DNA of 64,000 nucleotides from Candidatus Poribacteria bacterium (GCA_965208675.1 OZ242351.1:1984001-2048000); one strand, 5' to 3'. Positions 39,682 to 50,515 are shown, numbered from the stretch's first letter. Numbers and translations: made by a program. Notes: generated from the sequence alone by a model not told the origin.

Positions 39682-40755
39682 ATGAAAAATACTAATGGTG
39701 GGAGTCTAGCACCCGCCCAGCAACTAGTCGGAAAAGAGTTACCGAATGGTTGGAAGGTCGTGGAATTGATTGAACGACCCAAGAACGCGACCGGAGGTCA
39801 TTTCTCTTCCTCATATATTGTCCGGTCAGTAAATGGTGAAAAGGCATTCCTCAAGGCGATGGATTACAGAAAAGCCCTAGAATCGCCGGATCCAGCCGGA
39901 ACACTGAATGCCATGACCGCGGGATTTATCTTCGAGCGGGACACTTTAGAAAAATGTAGATCCAGAGGTTTATCTCGCATCGTGAGGGCACTCGACTCTG
40001 GAAAAATCGAACCTCAGAATGAGGATCCAAGTGGTGTAGTCGAGTATCTAATATTCGAGTGCGCAAAAGGCGATATTCGGTCATTTGTAGCTTTCGACAC
40101 AGCATTTGACAAGGCTTGGGCGTTAAGGACAATGCATCAGGCTACAGCGGCACTACAACAACTCCACTCTGTAGAGATTGCGCATCAAGATCTGAAACCG
40201 TCAAATGTGCTAATTTTTGACGACGACTATTCAAAGTTGGCCGATTTGGGAAGAGCATTCGATCATAATAACGCCTCACCTTACGATAAACTTTCCTGCG
40301 TAGGTGACCCAACCTATGCACCTCCGGAATTATTATACGGACACACTCCTGAAGATTGGCGGATACGTCGTTTTGGATGTGATTTGTATCTATTGGGAAG
40401 TCTACTTGTATTCTTCTACACAGGAACTTCTATGACGCATTTGCTTTTCACGCGACTCGATGAGAACCATTCCTTCAATAAATGGAAAGGTAATACGTAC
40501 AGCGAGCTGTTGCCATATCTTGAAAGGGTATTTTCGGAAATCATTCGGGAGTTTCAGGTCGATTTAAGCGAGGAAATTGCAAAATTGGTGAAACAACTTT
40601 GTAATCCTAATCCTCGGCGACGTGGACATCCGAGGAACATTGATACGGATGGAAACAAATATTCTCTTGAGCGGTATGTCTCTATTTTTGACCGTCTTGC
40701 AAGAAAGGCTGAGTGGACGCTAAATCGAGGAGGGGCTATCAGACGAGCTAAATAA
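39682..40755 (+). CDS. Ser/Thr (Hanks-type) protein kinase, stand-alone
   Basis: GGHFSSSY loop, AFLKAM, HQDLKPSN, ADLG, GDPTYAPPE, DLYLLG; no TM segment. Confidence 0.9.
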   Translation: MKNTNGGSLAPAQQLVGKELPNGWKVVELIERPKNATGGHFSSSYIVRSVNGEKAFLKAMDYRKALESPDPAGTLNAMTAGFIFERDTLEKCRSRGLSRIVRALDSGKIEPQNEDPSGVVEYLIFECAKGDIRSFVAFDTAFDKAWALRTMHQATAALQQLHSVEIAHQDLKPSNVLIFDDDYSKLADLGRAFDHNNASPYDKLSCVGDPTYAPPELLYGHTPEDWRIRRFGCDLYLLGSLLVFFYTGTSMTHLLFTRLDENHSFNKWKGNTYSELLPYLERVFSEIIREFQVDLSEEIAKLVKQLCNPNPRRRGHPRNIDTDGNKYSLERYVSIFDRLARKAEWTLNRGGAIRRAK

Positions 40756-40757
40756 CC

Positions 40758-42278
40758 ATGGCAGGATTTAGTATAGACAAAAAACGTAGAGTGATTCCTC
40801 GATGGAGAACGCTTAACGAAGCTCTTACACTCCAAGAACTTGACTCCGTCGTACCTCGAGGAAACCATCAAATGCTTCAATTCGATTTTTTAGCTCAGAA
40901 AATTGTAGACTGGCGACGTCATCAGACTATTGGTCATGCATCCGACCTTGTAGGCGCAGCTTTGACACTTGGAAGAAGGAGGGAAGCAATTGGGGCAGCA
41001 AAATTCCTACTCCAAGATAACCTTAATGTTTCTCCCTGGGCGAGAGAACTTGCAGAACAAATCCTGAAAACTTCAGACCACGTTGAGACTAGATTGCCGA
41101 AACCTGTGGAGGTAAAGGATTCGACTCTACATGCCCAAGTGAGAGCCTTTCGGGGAATGTTGCGCATCGAACCTCAGGATCCAATCACATGGGTGGAACT
41201 ATCGCGGGTCTATGTAATTCTAGGACTTGAAAAACAGGCCAAACGATGTATGGATGTTGCATTACAGCTTGCTATCGACAACAGGTTTGTCCTTCGTTCA
41301 GCTAGCCGTCTTTGGATGCATTTTGACAATCCAGAACGAGCCCACCACATAATTGTTACTTCGGACCGAACCCAATATGAACCCTGGCTTTTGGCCGCAG
41401 AGATTGCCATTAGTAGTGCTGCTGGCAGAAAACCAAGATTCATTAAATCCGCTCGGCGGATACTAACCGAAAGAGGCTTTTCGTCTATTCATCTTAGTGA
41501 ACTTGCAGCGGCAGTGGCTACCTTGGAGTTGGACACTGGCAGTGTAAAAAAATCGAAAAAATTTTTCCGAATATCTTTAGAAGATCCAACGGAAAACAGC
41601 ATCGCGCAGATGGCTTGGGCGTCCAGACAGTCTAACACCATCCATTTTAAAGATCAATATGTCACACTTCCCAATGCGTATGAGGCAAAATCGTGGGTTC
41701 ACTATCAGAAAGAAGAATGGAGAGAGGCACTTGAACAGGCTGAATTATGGAAGTCCGACCAACCGTTTTCAAGCAGGCCCAGCGCCCTCGCTTCCTTCGT
41801 GGCCGCGGTTGCATTGGAAGAATTTCAAACAAGCGCACGGTTAGCCGAACTTGGTCACAGAGCGAATCCCACAGATTTCACGCTGTTGAATAATTTAGCG
41901 TTTGCACGAATCAATCTCGGAGAAATTGATAATGCGAGAAACGATATTTTAAAAGCTAATCGCCTGTCATTAAACGCACGTGAAAAGGTCGTCCTACAAG
42001 CCACTAAAGGATTCCTGGAGTTTCGAACTGGAAATCTGGAGCATGGCCGGCAATTGTATTTAGATGCCCGATTGATGGCGCAAAGAATCCAGGACGACAG
42101 ACTGTATGCACTAGCGTCTGCGTTTTACGCCATTGAAGAAGTGTCACGTCAAAGTTCAAATAGTGTTACTATTTCATCAAAGGTGCTTAAGATTTTAGGG
42201 CGGGAAAAGGATCCGATTTTTAGGGTTCTTGAAACAAGGCTAAAGGAAATGACGGTTGAGCCGCCGACGAGAGCATAG
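40758..42278 (+). CDS. TPR-like helical repeat protein coupled to kinase
   Basis: Starts 2 bp after kinase stop; TPR-like segments (EPQDPITWVELSRVYVILG, NPTDFTLLNNLAFARINLGEIDNA, ATKGFLEFRTGNLEHGRQLY). Confidence 0.75.
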   Translation: MAGFSIDKKRRVIPRWRTLNEALTLQELDSVVPRGNHQMLQFDFLAQKIVDWRRHQTIGHASDLVGAALTLGRRREAIGAAKFLLQDNLNVSPWARELAEQILKTSDHVETRLPKPVEVKDSTLHAQVRAFRGMLRIEPQDPITWVELSRVYVILGLEKQAKRCMDVALQLAIDNRFVLRSASRLWMHFDNPERAHHIIVTSDRTQYEPWLLAAEIAISSAAGRKPRFIKSARRILTERGFSSIHLSELAAAVATLELDTGSVKKSKKFFRISLEDPTENSIAQMAWASRQSNTIHFKDQYVTLPNAYEAKSWVHYQKEEWREALEQAELWKSDQPFSSRPSALASFVAAVALEEFQTSARLAELGHRANPTDFTLLNNLAFARINLGEIDNARNDILKANRLSLNAREKVVLQATKGFLEFRTGNLEHGRQLYLDARLMAQRIQDDRLYALASAFYAIEEVSRQSSNSVTISSKVLKILGREKDPIFRVLETRLKEMTVEPPTRA

Positions 42279-42432
42279 CTTGTCCATTTGGCTTCCCGGG
42301 CCTGACCAAACTCAATTATGCCTGTGATAGAATTACGCGAGATCCTCGTAAATATCCCAATTGTAACCGAACGGCAAGCTACGTTCAGGTATTACATTTA
42401 AGAGCACGGCAAGACGTTTGCAACTTAAGAAG

Positions 42433-45400
42433 ATGACTAAAAACAAACGCCTCATAGAAGTTGCTTTTCCGTTGAAGGAGGTTTCGCTGGATTCAGTGCA
42501 TGAGAAGAATGTACGGCATGGGCATATCTCGACGCTGCACATTTGGCCCGCGCGGAGACCGCTGGCAGCCGCCCGGGCCGCGCTCATCACTACGCTGCTT
42601 CCCGATCCCGGCAATGCCGACGAACGAAAAACCATCTTGAAACGCATGGCGGGTAAGGTTGTCGAGAAGACGGAACGCAAACGGCTAAACGGACGCATCG
42701 TTGAAAAGACCAAAGAGGTGACGGAGGGCGGCATCCTTCATTGGGGTAGAGAGAACGGCGAGGCGCTGCAGTGGTTTCGCGACGAGATTCGCAAGGCTTA
42801 CGGCGGGCGGGCGCCCAAAGTGCTAGACCCGTTTGCCGGCGGCGGCGCCATTCCGCTGGAAGCCATGCGCCTCGGCTGCGAGGTCACGGCTATGGACATC
42901 AACCCGGTGGCGTGGTTCATCCTAAAATGCACGCTCGAATACCCCCAGAAACTCGCAGGCCAGACGCGAGCGCTGCCCGAATTCGCCGTAGCTGACCGCG
43001 AATTCATGACATCCTACCTGAAAGCCAAGGGGTACAAGAGCAGTAGGCTGCGTACTGCACTTCATCGCCTCGGTCACGGCGACGGGAATGAAACCCAATT
43101 AGAACATCTCCCGCACGACGATTCGCTGCTTAAAGCAGACCTGGCGTGGCACGTCCGCGCCTGGGGGAAATGGGTGCTGGATAAGGCGCGAGCGGAGTTG
43201 GCACCCTACTATCCTACCTACGCAGAACGTGAGCCGATTGACCCCGACGCCGACTTTGAGCCACAGCCCCTAGAACTCTTAGCGGTTAATAAGAACGGTG
43301 TGCCTCAAATCGAGTCACTCAACGCCGAGTTCGACGACGACTACCTCAATGACGCGCGAAACCCGCGCTGGATTGCCAAGCCGACGGTCGCCTACCTGTG
43401 GGCGCGCACTGTCACCTGCAAACGATGCCGTGCCATGCTGCCCCTGCTCAAAACGCGCTGGCTGTGCAAGAAAGAAGGGAAGCGAATACTATTGACGATG
43501 GAACCAAACGCTGACGAGACCGGTGTTGTTTTTGGCGTACAGACCGACGTGCCCCAGAACGGCGGGAACAGCGCGCAGCGGCGGGAGCACGACAAGCGAA
43601 TCGGCACAGGCACCATGTCCCGCACCGGCGCCACCTGCCCATGCTGCGAGGCGATTATGACCATGGAGGATATCCGCCTTGAAGGGCGCGCCGGGCGATT
43701 GGACGCTGTGACGACGGTTGTCGTCGTGGAAGGGCAGAAAGGTAAGGAGTACCGTCTGCCAACCGACCACGAACGCGCTGCTGCAGAAGTTTCTGAAGAA
43801 CAACTTCGATCCCTCTATGCCGACATCCCCTTCGGCTTACCAGAAGAACCGACGCCTAAAGCCGGAATCGGCGCGTCACGGGCATTTTCGGTAGACGGGT
43901 ACGGATTTGATTCGTGGCGGAAGTTGTTCACAAATCGACAACTTGTGTGCCTTGGACAGTTCGTTAGCAAAATTCGCGAAGCGGATTTTGCTGTTCACCA
44001 ACACTGTGACAATCAATACTGGCGCCAAGCAATATTAGGAATTCTTTCATGTGGCTTTGACCGAATGCTCGACTTCAACTCGACGATACTATCTTGGATC
44101 ACGAGCGTCGAGGCAATCGGACACGTTTTCGTGCGATACGCGTTGCCGATGACTTGGGACTATTCCGAGGCTGTCCCGTATAATGATGTTCGCGGCGGGT
44201 GGATGATGTGTATTGCTGCAGTTTGTAAGGCTTTAGAAACAGCCGCGAATGCTACAAACGACCACGCTCCGGTTCCAAGAGTTAAAGTCGGGAGCGCGTC
44301 ATCTGCAAAGCACTCTGATACCTTTGACATAATAATAACTGACCCTCCTTACTATGACGCAATTGCATACTCCGATTTAATGGATTATTTCTATGTTTGG
44401 AACAGGAGGACTATTGGAAACACGAACAACGGTTTCGCCGACGTTTTTTCCAAGAGCACCGGACCAAAGTGGAATCATGACGTTTCTGACGGGGAACTAA
44501 TTGATGATGCAGGTCGATTCAACGGAGATTGCGCCGTTTCGAAGGAGAACTACGAACGGGGTATGGCGGAGTCATTTCGGCGCTGTTGGGAACATTTAAG
44601 CGAGACCGGTCGTTTGGTTATCGTATTCGCCAACAAAAGACCTCAGGCGTGGGAAACACTGGTTGGTGCGGTCATTCGTTCTGGCTTTGTCGTTGATGGA
44701 AGTTGGCCCGTTCAAACGGAACAATCTGCGCGAATGCGCGCTCAGAAATCGGCAGCCCTTGCATCCTCAATCTGGATTGTATGCAAGAAACGACCTCCTG
44801 CGCGCCCGGGCTGGGATCACACCGTCCTCGACGAGATGCGGAGTAATATTACCCAACAACTGCACGACTTTTGGGACGCCGGTATTCGGGGACCCGACTT
44901 TGTGTGGGCGGCGACAGGTCCAGCACTGGAAGCCTACAGCAAGTACCCGGTCGTTAAGAAGGCAACCGCTGATGGCGACCTGATGTCCGTCTCCGAGTTC
45001 CTGCGCGAGGTGCGTCGCATGGTCGTGGATTTTGTTGTCCATCGCGTCCTGCCCCATGACGGCGAGGCAGAAGCTACGACTGAACTGGATGATGTGACGA
45101 CGTACTATCTACTGCATCGTAACGACTTCAAGATGAAGGACGCCCCCGTCGGTGCTTGCATCCTCTACGCCTTGTCGTGCAATCTCTCCGACACCGCGCT
45201 AGTCAACCAGCACGATCTCCTAACCCAATCGGGAGCAAGAAATGCGGATGAGACGCCTGAATCAGAGGATGATGAGGAAGCGGAAAGCGGGGGCGGCGCC
45301 AAGATCAAACTCAAACCGTGGCACCGGCGGGGACGGCGCAGCCTCGGCCTTGAAGCCCCAAGCGGGCAACCGGTGCCGCTCATCGACCGCGTGCACAAGC

Positions 45401-45621
45401 TGATGCACCTCTGGCGCGCCGGCGATCAGGTTAAGGTGGACAACTACCTCAACGACCAAGGATTGCAACGAAACACTCTATTCAACCAGATTCTTCAGGC
45501 GCTCATCGAGTTGGCGGACGAAGGTTCCGAGGAACGATCGATTCTTGAATCGTTGAGCAACCACCTCGCCACGCAGGGTGAACTCAGCGAGTCGGGTCAA
45601 GGGTTGTTGTTTGAGGATTAG
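42433..45621 (+). CDS. DUF1156 amino-DNA methyltransferase
   Basis: RLIEVAFPL, HISTLHIWPARRPLAAARA (DUF1156), LDPFAGGGAIPLEA, two CxxC pairs, ITDPPYYDAIAYSDLMDYFYVW. Confidence 0.93.
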   Translation: MTKNKRLIEVAFPLKEVSLDSVHEKNVRHGHISTLHIWPARRPLAAARAALITTLLPDPGNADERKTILKRMAGKVVEKTERKRLNGRIVEKTKEVTEGGILHWGRENGEALQWFRDEIRKAYGGRAPKVLDPFAGGGAIPLEAMRLGCEVTAMDINPVAWFILKCTLEYPQKLAGQTRALPEFAVADREFMTSYLKAKGYKSSRLRTALHRLGHGDGNETQLEHLPHDDSLLKADLAWHVRAWGKWVLDKARAELAPYYPTYAEREPIDPDADFEPQPLELLAVNKNGVPQIESLNAEFDDDYLNDARNPRWIAKPTVAYLWARTVTCKRCRAMLPLLKTRWLCKKEGKRILLTMEPNADETGVVFGVQTDVPQNGGNSAQRREHDKRIGTGTMSRTGATCPCCEAIMTMEDIRLEGRAGRLDAVTTVVVVEGQKGKEYRLPTDHERAAAEVSEEQLRSLYADIPFGLPEEPTPKAGIGASRAFSVDGYGFDSWRKLFTNRQLVCLGQFVSKIREADFAVHQHCDNQYWRQAILGILSCGFDRMLDFNSTILSWITSVEAIGHVFVRYALPMTWDYSEAVPYNDVRGGWMMCIAAVCKALETAANATNDHAPVPRVKVGSASSAKHSDTFDIIITDPPYYDAIAYSDLMDYFYVWNRRTIGNTNNGFADVFSKSTGPKWNHDVSDGELIDDAGRFNGDCAVSKENYERGMAESFRRCWEHLSETGRLVIVFANKRPQAWETLVGAVIRSGFVVDGSWPVQTEQSARMRAQKSAALASSIWIVCKKRPPARPGWDHTVLDEMRSNITQQLHDFWDAGIRGPDFVWAATGPALEAYSKYPVVKKATADGDLMSVSEFLREVRRMVVDFVVHRVLPHDGEAEATTELDDVTTYYLLHRNDFKMKDAPVGACILYALSCNLSDTALVNQHDLLTQSGARNADETPESEDDEEAESGGGAKIKLKPWHRRGRRSLGLEAPSGQPVPLIDRVHKLMHLWRAGDQVKVDNYLNDQGLQRNTLFNQILQALIELADEGSEERSILESLSNHLATQGELSESGQGLLFED

Positions 45622-45658
45622 GCGACAGAAACGACTTTCGAACGTTTGGGTTGCCATT

Positions 45659-45832
45659 ACCTGTCGAACCGCTGGGGCTTAGATGTTGGTTGAATCGATG
45701 TTACTATATACCTTTCGCGCCGCTGGCGCTTAGGTGCGTGGAGTTTTTGGCGTTTCTGGAAGCCCCGGCGGGGCGTTAGGAGTATAAAATATCGGAGGCG
45801 TCATATGCCAAAGCCCCAGCGGGGCGATAGGT
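45659..45832. repeat. Composite REP unit (BIME-like) upstream of RAYT
   Basis: About 175-bp unit containing several GCCCC-NNN-GGGGC/GCGCC-GCT-GGCGC hairpins; repeated at 46335-46506 and 46632-46804. Confidence 0.85.
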
Positions 45833-45857
45833 GGACGGTTGCGCGAAGGAAGCTACC

Positions 45858-46331
45858 ATGGCTGACACGTATTCTCAAATTTACCTACACATTGTTTTTG
45901 CCGTCAAAGGTAGACAAAGCCTCATTCCAAAACAACACAAAGAAGCATTACACCAGTATATTACCCGGATTATCACCAACAAAAAGCAAACGGTAATTCG
46001 GATTAATTCAATGCCAGATCACATTCATATTCTCGTCGGTATGACTCCAAACATCGCGCTCTCCGATTTGGTGAGAGACATCAAAGCAAATTCGTCAAAA
46101 TTTATCAACACAAAGAGTTGGATAGCGGGAAGATTTGAATGGCAAACGGGATTTGGGGCGTTTTCGTATTCACATTCACAACTGAATGATGATGTCAATT
46201 ATATCAAGAATCAAGAAGAGCATCATACACGTCATACTTTTAGAGAGGAATATCTTTCGTTTTTGAAGCGTTTTGATGTTCCCTATAATCCGAAATATGT
46301 TTTTGATTTGGATGACGCATCCGAGAAATGA
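45858..46331 (+). mobile_element. tnpA: REP-associated tyrosine transposase (IS200/IS605 TnpA, Y1)
   Basis: YLHIVFAVKGR, HUH motif DHIHIL, WQTGFGAFSYS, catalytic YIKNQEEHH; flanked by REP arrays. Confidence 0.92.
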
Positions 46332-46334
46332 TTT

Positions 46335-46855
46335 ACCTGTCGCCCCGCTGGGGCTTTGATGTCGGGCGAATCAACGATGCTATATACCTGTCGCGCCGCT
46401 GGCGCTTAGTTGCGTGGAGATTTGCCGTTTCTGGATGCCCCGGTCAGACGTTAAGAGTACAAAAAATCATACGGCAATATGTCAAAGCCCCAGAAGGGAG
46501 ACAGGTGCACAGAAAGGGCATGGCCAACAATCATAGGCCTCAGCGTAAGATATACAGATCTCAAATCGAAAAAAACTTCAATATAGGTGAAAATTCCATC
46601 AACCTGATTGAATAATGCGAGACAAGGCACCACCTGTCGCCTCTCTGGGGCTTTGATGTCAGGTGAATCAACGCTGCTGTATACCTGTCGCGCCGCTGGC
46701 GCTTAATTGCGTGGAGATTTGCCGTTTCTGGATGCCCCGGCCGGGCGTTAGGAGTATAAAATATCGGAGGCGCCATATACCAAAGCCCCAGCGGGGCGAC
46801 AGGTATATAGAAATTCGGAGGTCCTACCTATTAAAGCCCCAGAGGGGCGACAGGT
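46335..46855. repeat. Two composite REP units downstream of RAYT
   Basis: Units 46335-46506 and 46632-46804 collinear with 45659-45832, plus an extra REP at 46835-46855. Confidence 0.85.
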
Positions 46856-47220
46856 GTATAGGATCGTGGTACACCATACGCCAAAACCACAGCATGGGAT
46901 TAAGTAACCGATTAAAAAGTTTTTAGAGCTTGTTTGCACAATACGGTGACAAAATCGATTTTTAGACAATTGGCGTACCATTTCATGTGAAATCTCTATC
47001 GCACTCTCTATTCGGTAGCTTGATCCCACGCCGGGGCTTAGATGCATGGGATCCCGTCTTCGAGTGATGATTGAAGATTGAGTTTAAGGCAAATTGTGCG
47101 ATTAAGGATGGGTTTCCAAACGGGTTCACATCTGCGACAATCCGTTTTTTTAGACATTTGTGAAAAACTCAACACGCTGACACGCGAAGTAATCCTTCAC
47201 CAAACGAGGATGACATAAAT

Positions 47221-50200
47221 ATGAAATCGACACCGAAACCGTGGCATGAAGTTGTGCAGCTGCGCGACGATGTAAGAACCCGCGATCTTTCACTCGCGGT
47301 GTTTGCCGCTGACCTTTACGATGTGGTGATGCAAAAGGGTAAGCGCCCTGCTTACGAGAATCCTGACGAGTTCTTTGCCCTCACCTATCCCACGTACAAC
47401 CTGCGCGAACTGGTCAAGGACGTTGTCCTGCGGTTGGCACGCCGGAGCGACAAGGCGTATCGGACACTCTCCGTCAACTACGGCGGCGGAAAGACGCATA
47501 CGCTCATCACGCTCAAGCATCTGGTGGAAGACCCTACGGCGCTGCCGGAACTTCCCGCAATTGATGAGTTTGAAGCACACATTGGACAGAAGCCTCCATC
47601 GACTCGGTGCGCGGCGTTGTGTTTTGACAAGTTTGATTTGGAGAAGGGCGTCGAAACGCGCGGTCCCGACGGCTCGGTCGCCCAACTCAAACGTCCGTGG
47701 AGCGTGCTCGCCTATCAGATTGCTGGTTCGGACGGTCTACGGCTGCTTCATGCCGATGGCAAAGATATTGAGCGCGACACGCCGCCCGCAGAACCTGTAT
47801 TATCCGATCTGCTGTCAAAGCCGCAGAGAGACAATCTCTCGACTTTGGTTCTCTTGGACGAGGTGCTGATGTACCTGCGCGATATGGTCGAAACCGACAA
47901 GAGTTGGCGTGGGCGTCTCATCAATTTCTTCCAACACCTCACGAGCGCCGTGGTTAGGGTTGACCGCTGCGCCATGGTGGCGTCGCTGCGCGCCTCGGAT
48001 CCCAAGAAGCACGACAGTGTGGGAAATGAACTCCTTGGCGATGTGTCTGATGTCTTTGGCAGACAGATGGAGGAGGCAGCCAGCCCCGTGAGCAAAGAGG
48101 ACGTGGCGGAGGTGCTCCGGCGGCGTTTTTTCAAACCGGAGTCCATACAAGACAAGGACTCTTTTCGGCCTCAAGTGACCGCTGTCATCCGCAGCGTCTC
48201 CGCGCTTGATGAAGAGACGAAGAAGGCGCAGAAGGCGGAGGAGGAGCGATATTTGAACAGTTATCCGTTCCACCCGGACCTCACCGAAACCTTCTACAGC
48301 CGCTGGACGCAGCTTGAAAGATTTCAACGCACACGAGGTATTCTACGCACTTTCGCTACGGCGTTGCGCGACGCCGAAAAGTGGGACAAGGCGCCTTTAG
48401 TGGGCCCCAATGTGTTCCTTGCTGAACCGGGAAAGTCCGGTTTGACTGAAGCTGCGGGCGAACTCGCCTCCTTTGCCAGCGTTGATGCGACATCGGGTCA
48501 ACATCAAGAATGGGCGCCTATCCTTGAGGGCGAGTTAAAAAAGGCGGCTATCATCCAGTCTGAAACCACCGGTTTAAGCGGTAGAGAGATAGAGCAGGCG
48601 GTCATGACTGTGTTCTTGAGTTCCCAGCCAACCGGTCAAAAAGCGTTGACGCCGGAGCTGATGGTATTGATTGGCACAGCCAACCCGGATAAAATTGGGT
48701 TGGAAAAAGCGCTGCGCCGCTGGACGGAATTGTCTTGGTTTTTGGACGAACAGGAGGTTGCCACCGGAGAATCCGATGCCGGCGGCGCCACAGCATTGCC
48801 TAAGGCTTGGCGGCTAGGCAACCGCCCCAACCTGCGACAGATGCATCACGCGGCATGTACGACTCGTGTTCCCCCAAGTCTTATCGATTCAAAGATTATT
48901 GAGGCGATTGAGAAACAGAAAGAACTGGTTTCAGGCGCCTCCGCTGCTGGCGCCAAGGTGCACAAGTTGCCTGAACAACCCCGCCATATCGCAGATGACG
49001 GCGATTTCCACTATGCGATTCTTCGTCCGAGTGCAGTCTCGGAATCCGGCAAACCGAGTGCCGAAGCCAAGCGGTTCATTAATGAAACAACGACGCCCGA
49101 CCGTCCGCGGGTGTATCGCAATGCGGTCGTATTGGCGGTGCCTTCTAAGGATGGGTTAGAAGTGGCGCGGTTGCGAGTCCGAGAGTACCTCGGCTGGGAG
49201 GAGGTTCGGGATCAACTGAAAGACCAACAGATAGATGCTATCCGAGACCGGATGCTCGTTAACGAGATGGACCGGGCGCGCAGACGCATTCCCGATGCAA
49301 TTAAGCAGGCGTATTCTATCGTGGTGACGGTCAACGAGGGCAATGAGATTCACGCTTTCAAAGTAGTTGTGGCCGACGAACCGCTGTTTACGACTATCAA
49401 GGCGGACAAGCGAGCCCGAATCCAAGAGACGGCGATCAGCGCTGAAGCCATGATGCCGGGAGGGCCTTACGACCTGTGGCGCAACGACGAGCAGTCGCGC
49501 CGCGTGAAGGATTTGGTCGGGGCTTTCGCACAATTCGCGAAACTGCCCAAGATGCTGCGGCCTAAGGGAATTTTAGACACTGTAGTTGGCGGCGTCCGGC
49601 AGGGCATCTGGGCGGCACAATACACGCGTCCGAATAAGACGACGAAGACCTTTTGGCGCACGGCTATTGATGAACCCGCCCTCAAAGATCCAAGTCTTGA
49701 AGTGCTGCTGCCGGAATCGGCAACTTTGAGCGAACTTCCGTCCAACCTGCTCAAGCACCAAGAGTTGCCGGGGCTTTGGCCGTCCGATGAGTTTACGGTT
49801 CAAAGCTTGTACGACTACTTCGCAGGGGGTTATGTCGTGAACATTCAAAAGGACGGTTATGAAGAGCCGCTCACCATCCCCAAATGCGATCCTGCGGTCG
49901 TTGATGCGGCAGTATTGGAAGCTGTCGAACTGGGGACGCTCTGGTTGACCAGCGGACCGGCTTCAATTCTTAATGAACCCGTGCCTGCCGGCGTGCTTAA
50001 CCCCGAGGCGACCCTACGACCGCCGCCTGCCCCGATTCCTGTGAATGAGTTGATGGAGGAGGCAACCCCCCAGGCGTGGGAGGATGGCAAAACTACGGCG
50101 CTCGCCCTAGTTACTGCGCTCTCGCAAAAACGGGGTGCGACGCTGCCGTGGCAGACGGTGCGTTCGGCGATAGATGACGCTATTCGTGCGAAATGGCTGG

Positions 50201-50514
50201 CACTACGTAACGACAGCGCGTACTGGCCGTGCGACTTGACGAGCGCTCAACACGTGGTGCTTCAAATCCCACAAATTAAGGATCCCGATCCGCCGATTCC
50301 CCCGGGTGTCCTTGTAGCCACGGCGGATTTAGAAGCCCACGGCATTCAAGACTTAGCGGATCAGATTCCGGGTATTACAGACGCGGCGATCGGCGAGGAC
50401 TTAAAATTTAACATCCGCGTTGAGCTCGGGGGCGAAACACCGCCCGACCCAGAGACGGTTGAAAAAATCAACAGGCTGCTCGCCGAGGTGTCCGAGGACA
50501 TGAAACTGGAGTGA
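47221..50514 (+). CDS. DUF499 AAA+ ATPase
   Basis: KPWHEVV.LRDDV, FAADL, FFALTYPT, Walker A YGGGKTHTL, Walker B LLDEV, VLRRRFF, SYPFHPDL, FQRTRGILR. Confidence 0.93.
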   Translation: MKSTPKPWHEVVQLRDDVRTRDLSLAVFAADLYDVVMQKGKRPAYENPDEFFALTYPTYNLRELVKDVVLRLARRSDKAYRTLSVNYGGGKTHTLITLKHLVEDPTALPELPAIDEFEAHIGQKPPSTRCAALCFDKFDLEKGVETRGPDGSVAQLKRPWSVLAYQIAGSDGLRLLHADGKDIERDTPPAEPVLSDLLSKPQRDNLSTLVLLDEVLMYLRDMVETDKSWRGRLINFFQHLTSAVVRVDRCAMVASLRASDPKKHDSVGNELLGDVSDVFGRQMEEAASPVSKEDVAEVLRRRFFKPESIQDKDSFRPQVTAVIRSVSALDEETKKAQKAEEERYLNSYPFHPDLTETFYSRWTQLERFQRTRGILRTFATALRDAEKWDKAPLVGPNVFLAEPGKSGLTEAAGELASFASVDATSGQHQEWAPILEGELKKAAIIQSETTGLSGREIEQAVMTVFLSSQPTGQKALTPELMVLIGTANPDKIGLEKALRRWTELSWFLDEQEVATGESDAGGATALPKAWRLGNRPNLRQMHHAACTTRVPPSLIDSKIIEAIEKQKELVSGASAAGAKVHKLPEQPRHIADDGDFHYAILRPSAVSESGKPSAEAKRFINETTTPDRPRVYRNAVVLAVPSKDGLEVARLRVREYLGWEEVRDQLKDQQIDAIRDRMLVNEMDRARRRIPDAIKQAYSIVVTVNEGNEIHAFKVVVADEPLFTTIKADKRARIQETAISAEAMMPGGPYDLWRNDEQSRRVKDLVGAFAQFAKLPKMLRPKGILDTVVGGVRQGIWAAQYTRPNKTTKTFWRTAIDEPALKDPSLEVLLPESATLSELPSNLLKHQELPGLWPSDEFTVQSLYDYFAGGYVVNIQKDGYEEPLTIPKCDPAVVDAAVLEAVELGTLWLTSGPASILNEPVPAGVLNPEATLRPPPAPIPVNELMEEATPQAWEDGKTTALALVTALSQKRGATLPWQTVRSAIDDAIRAKWLALRNDSAYWPCDLTSAQHVVLQIPQIKDPDPPIPPGVLVATADLEAHGIQDLADQIPGITDAAIGEDLKFNIRVELGGETPPDPETVEKINRLLAEVSEDMKLE

Positions 50515-50515
50515 T

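Noticed and set aside
45659-46855. CRISPR array
   Set aside because: Repeats are degenerate, in both orientations, with conserved rather than unique spacers, and flank a RAYT; no cas genes.
46328-47047. Short ORFs around the RAYT (PQRGDR-containing)
   Set aside because: Translations of the REP units, not real proteins.
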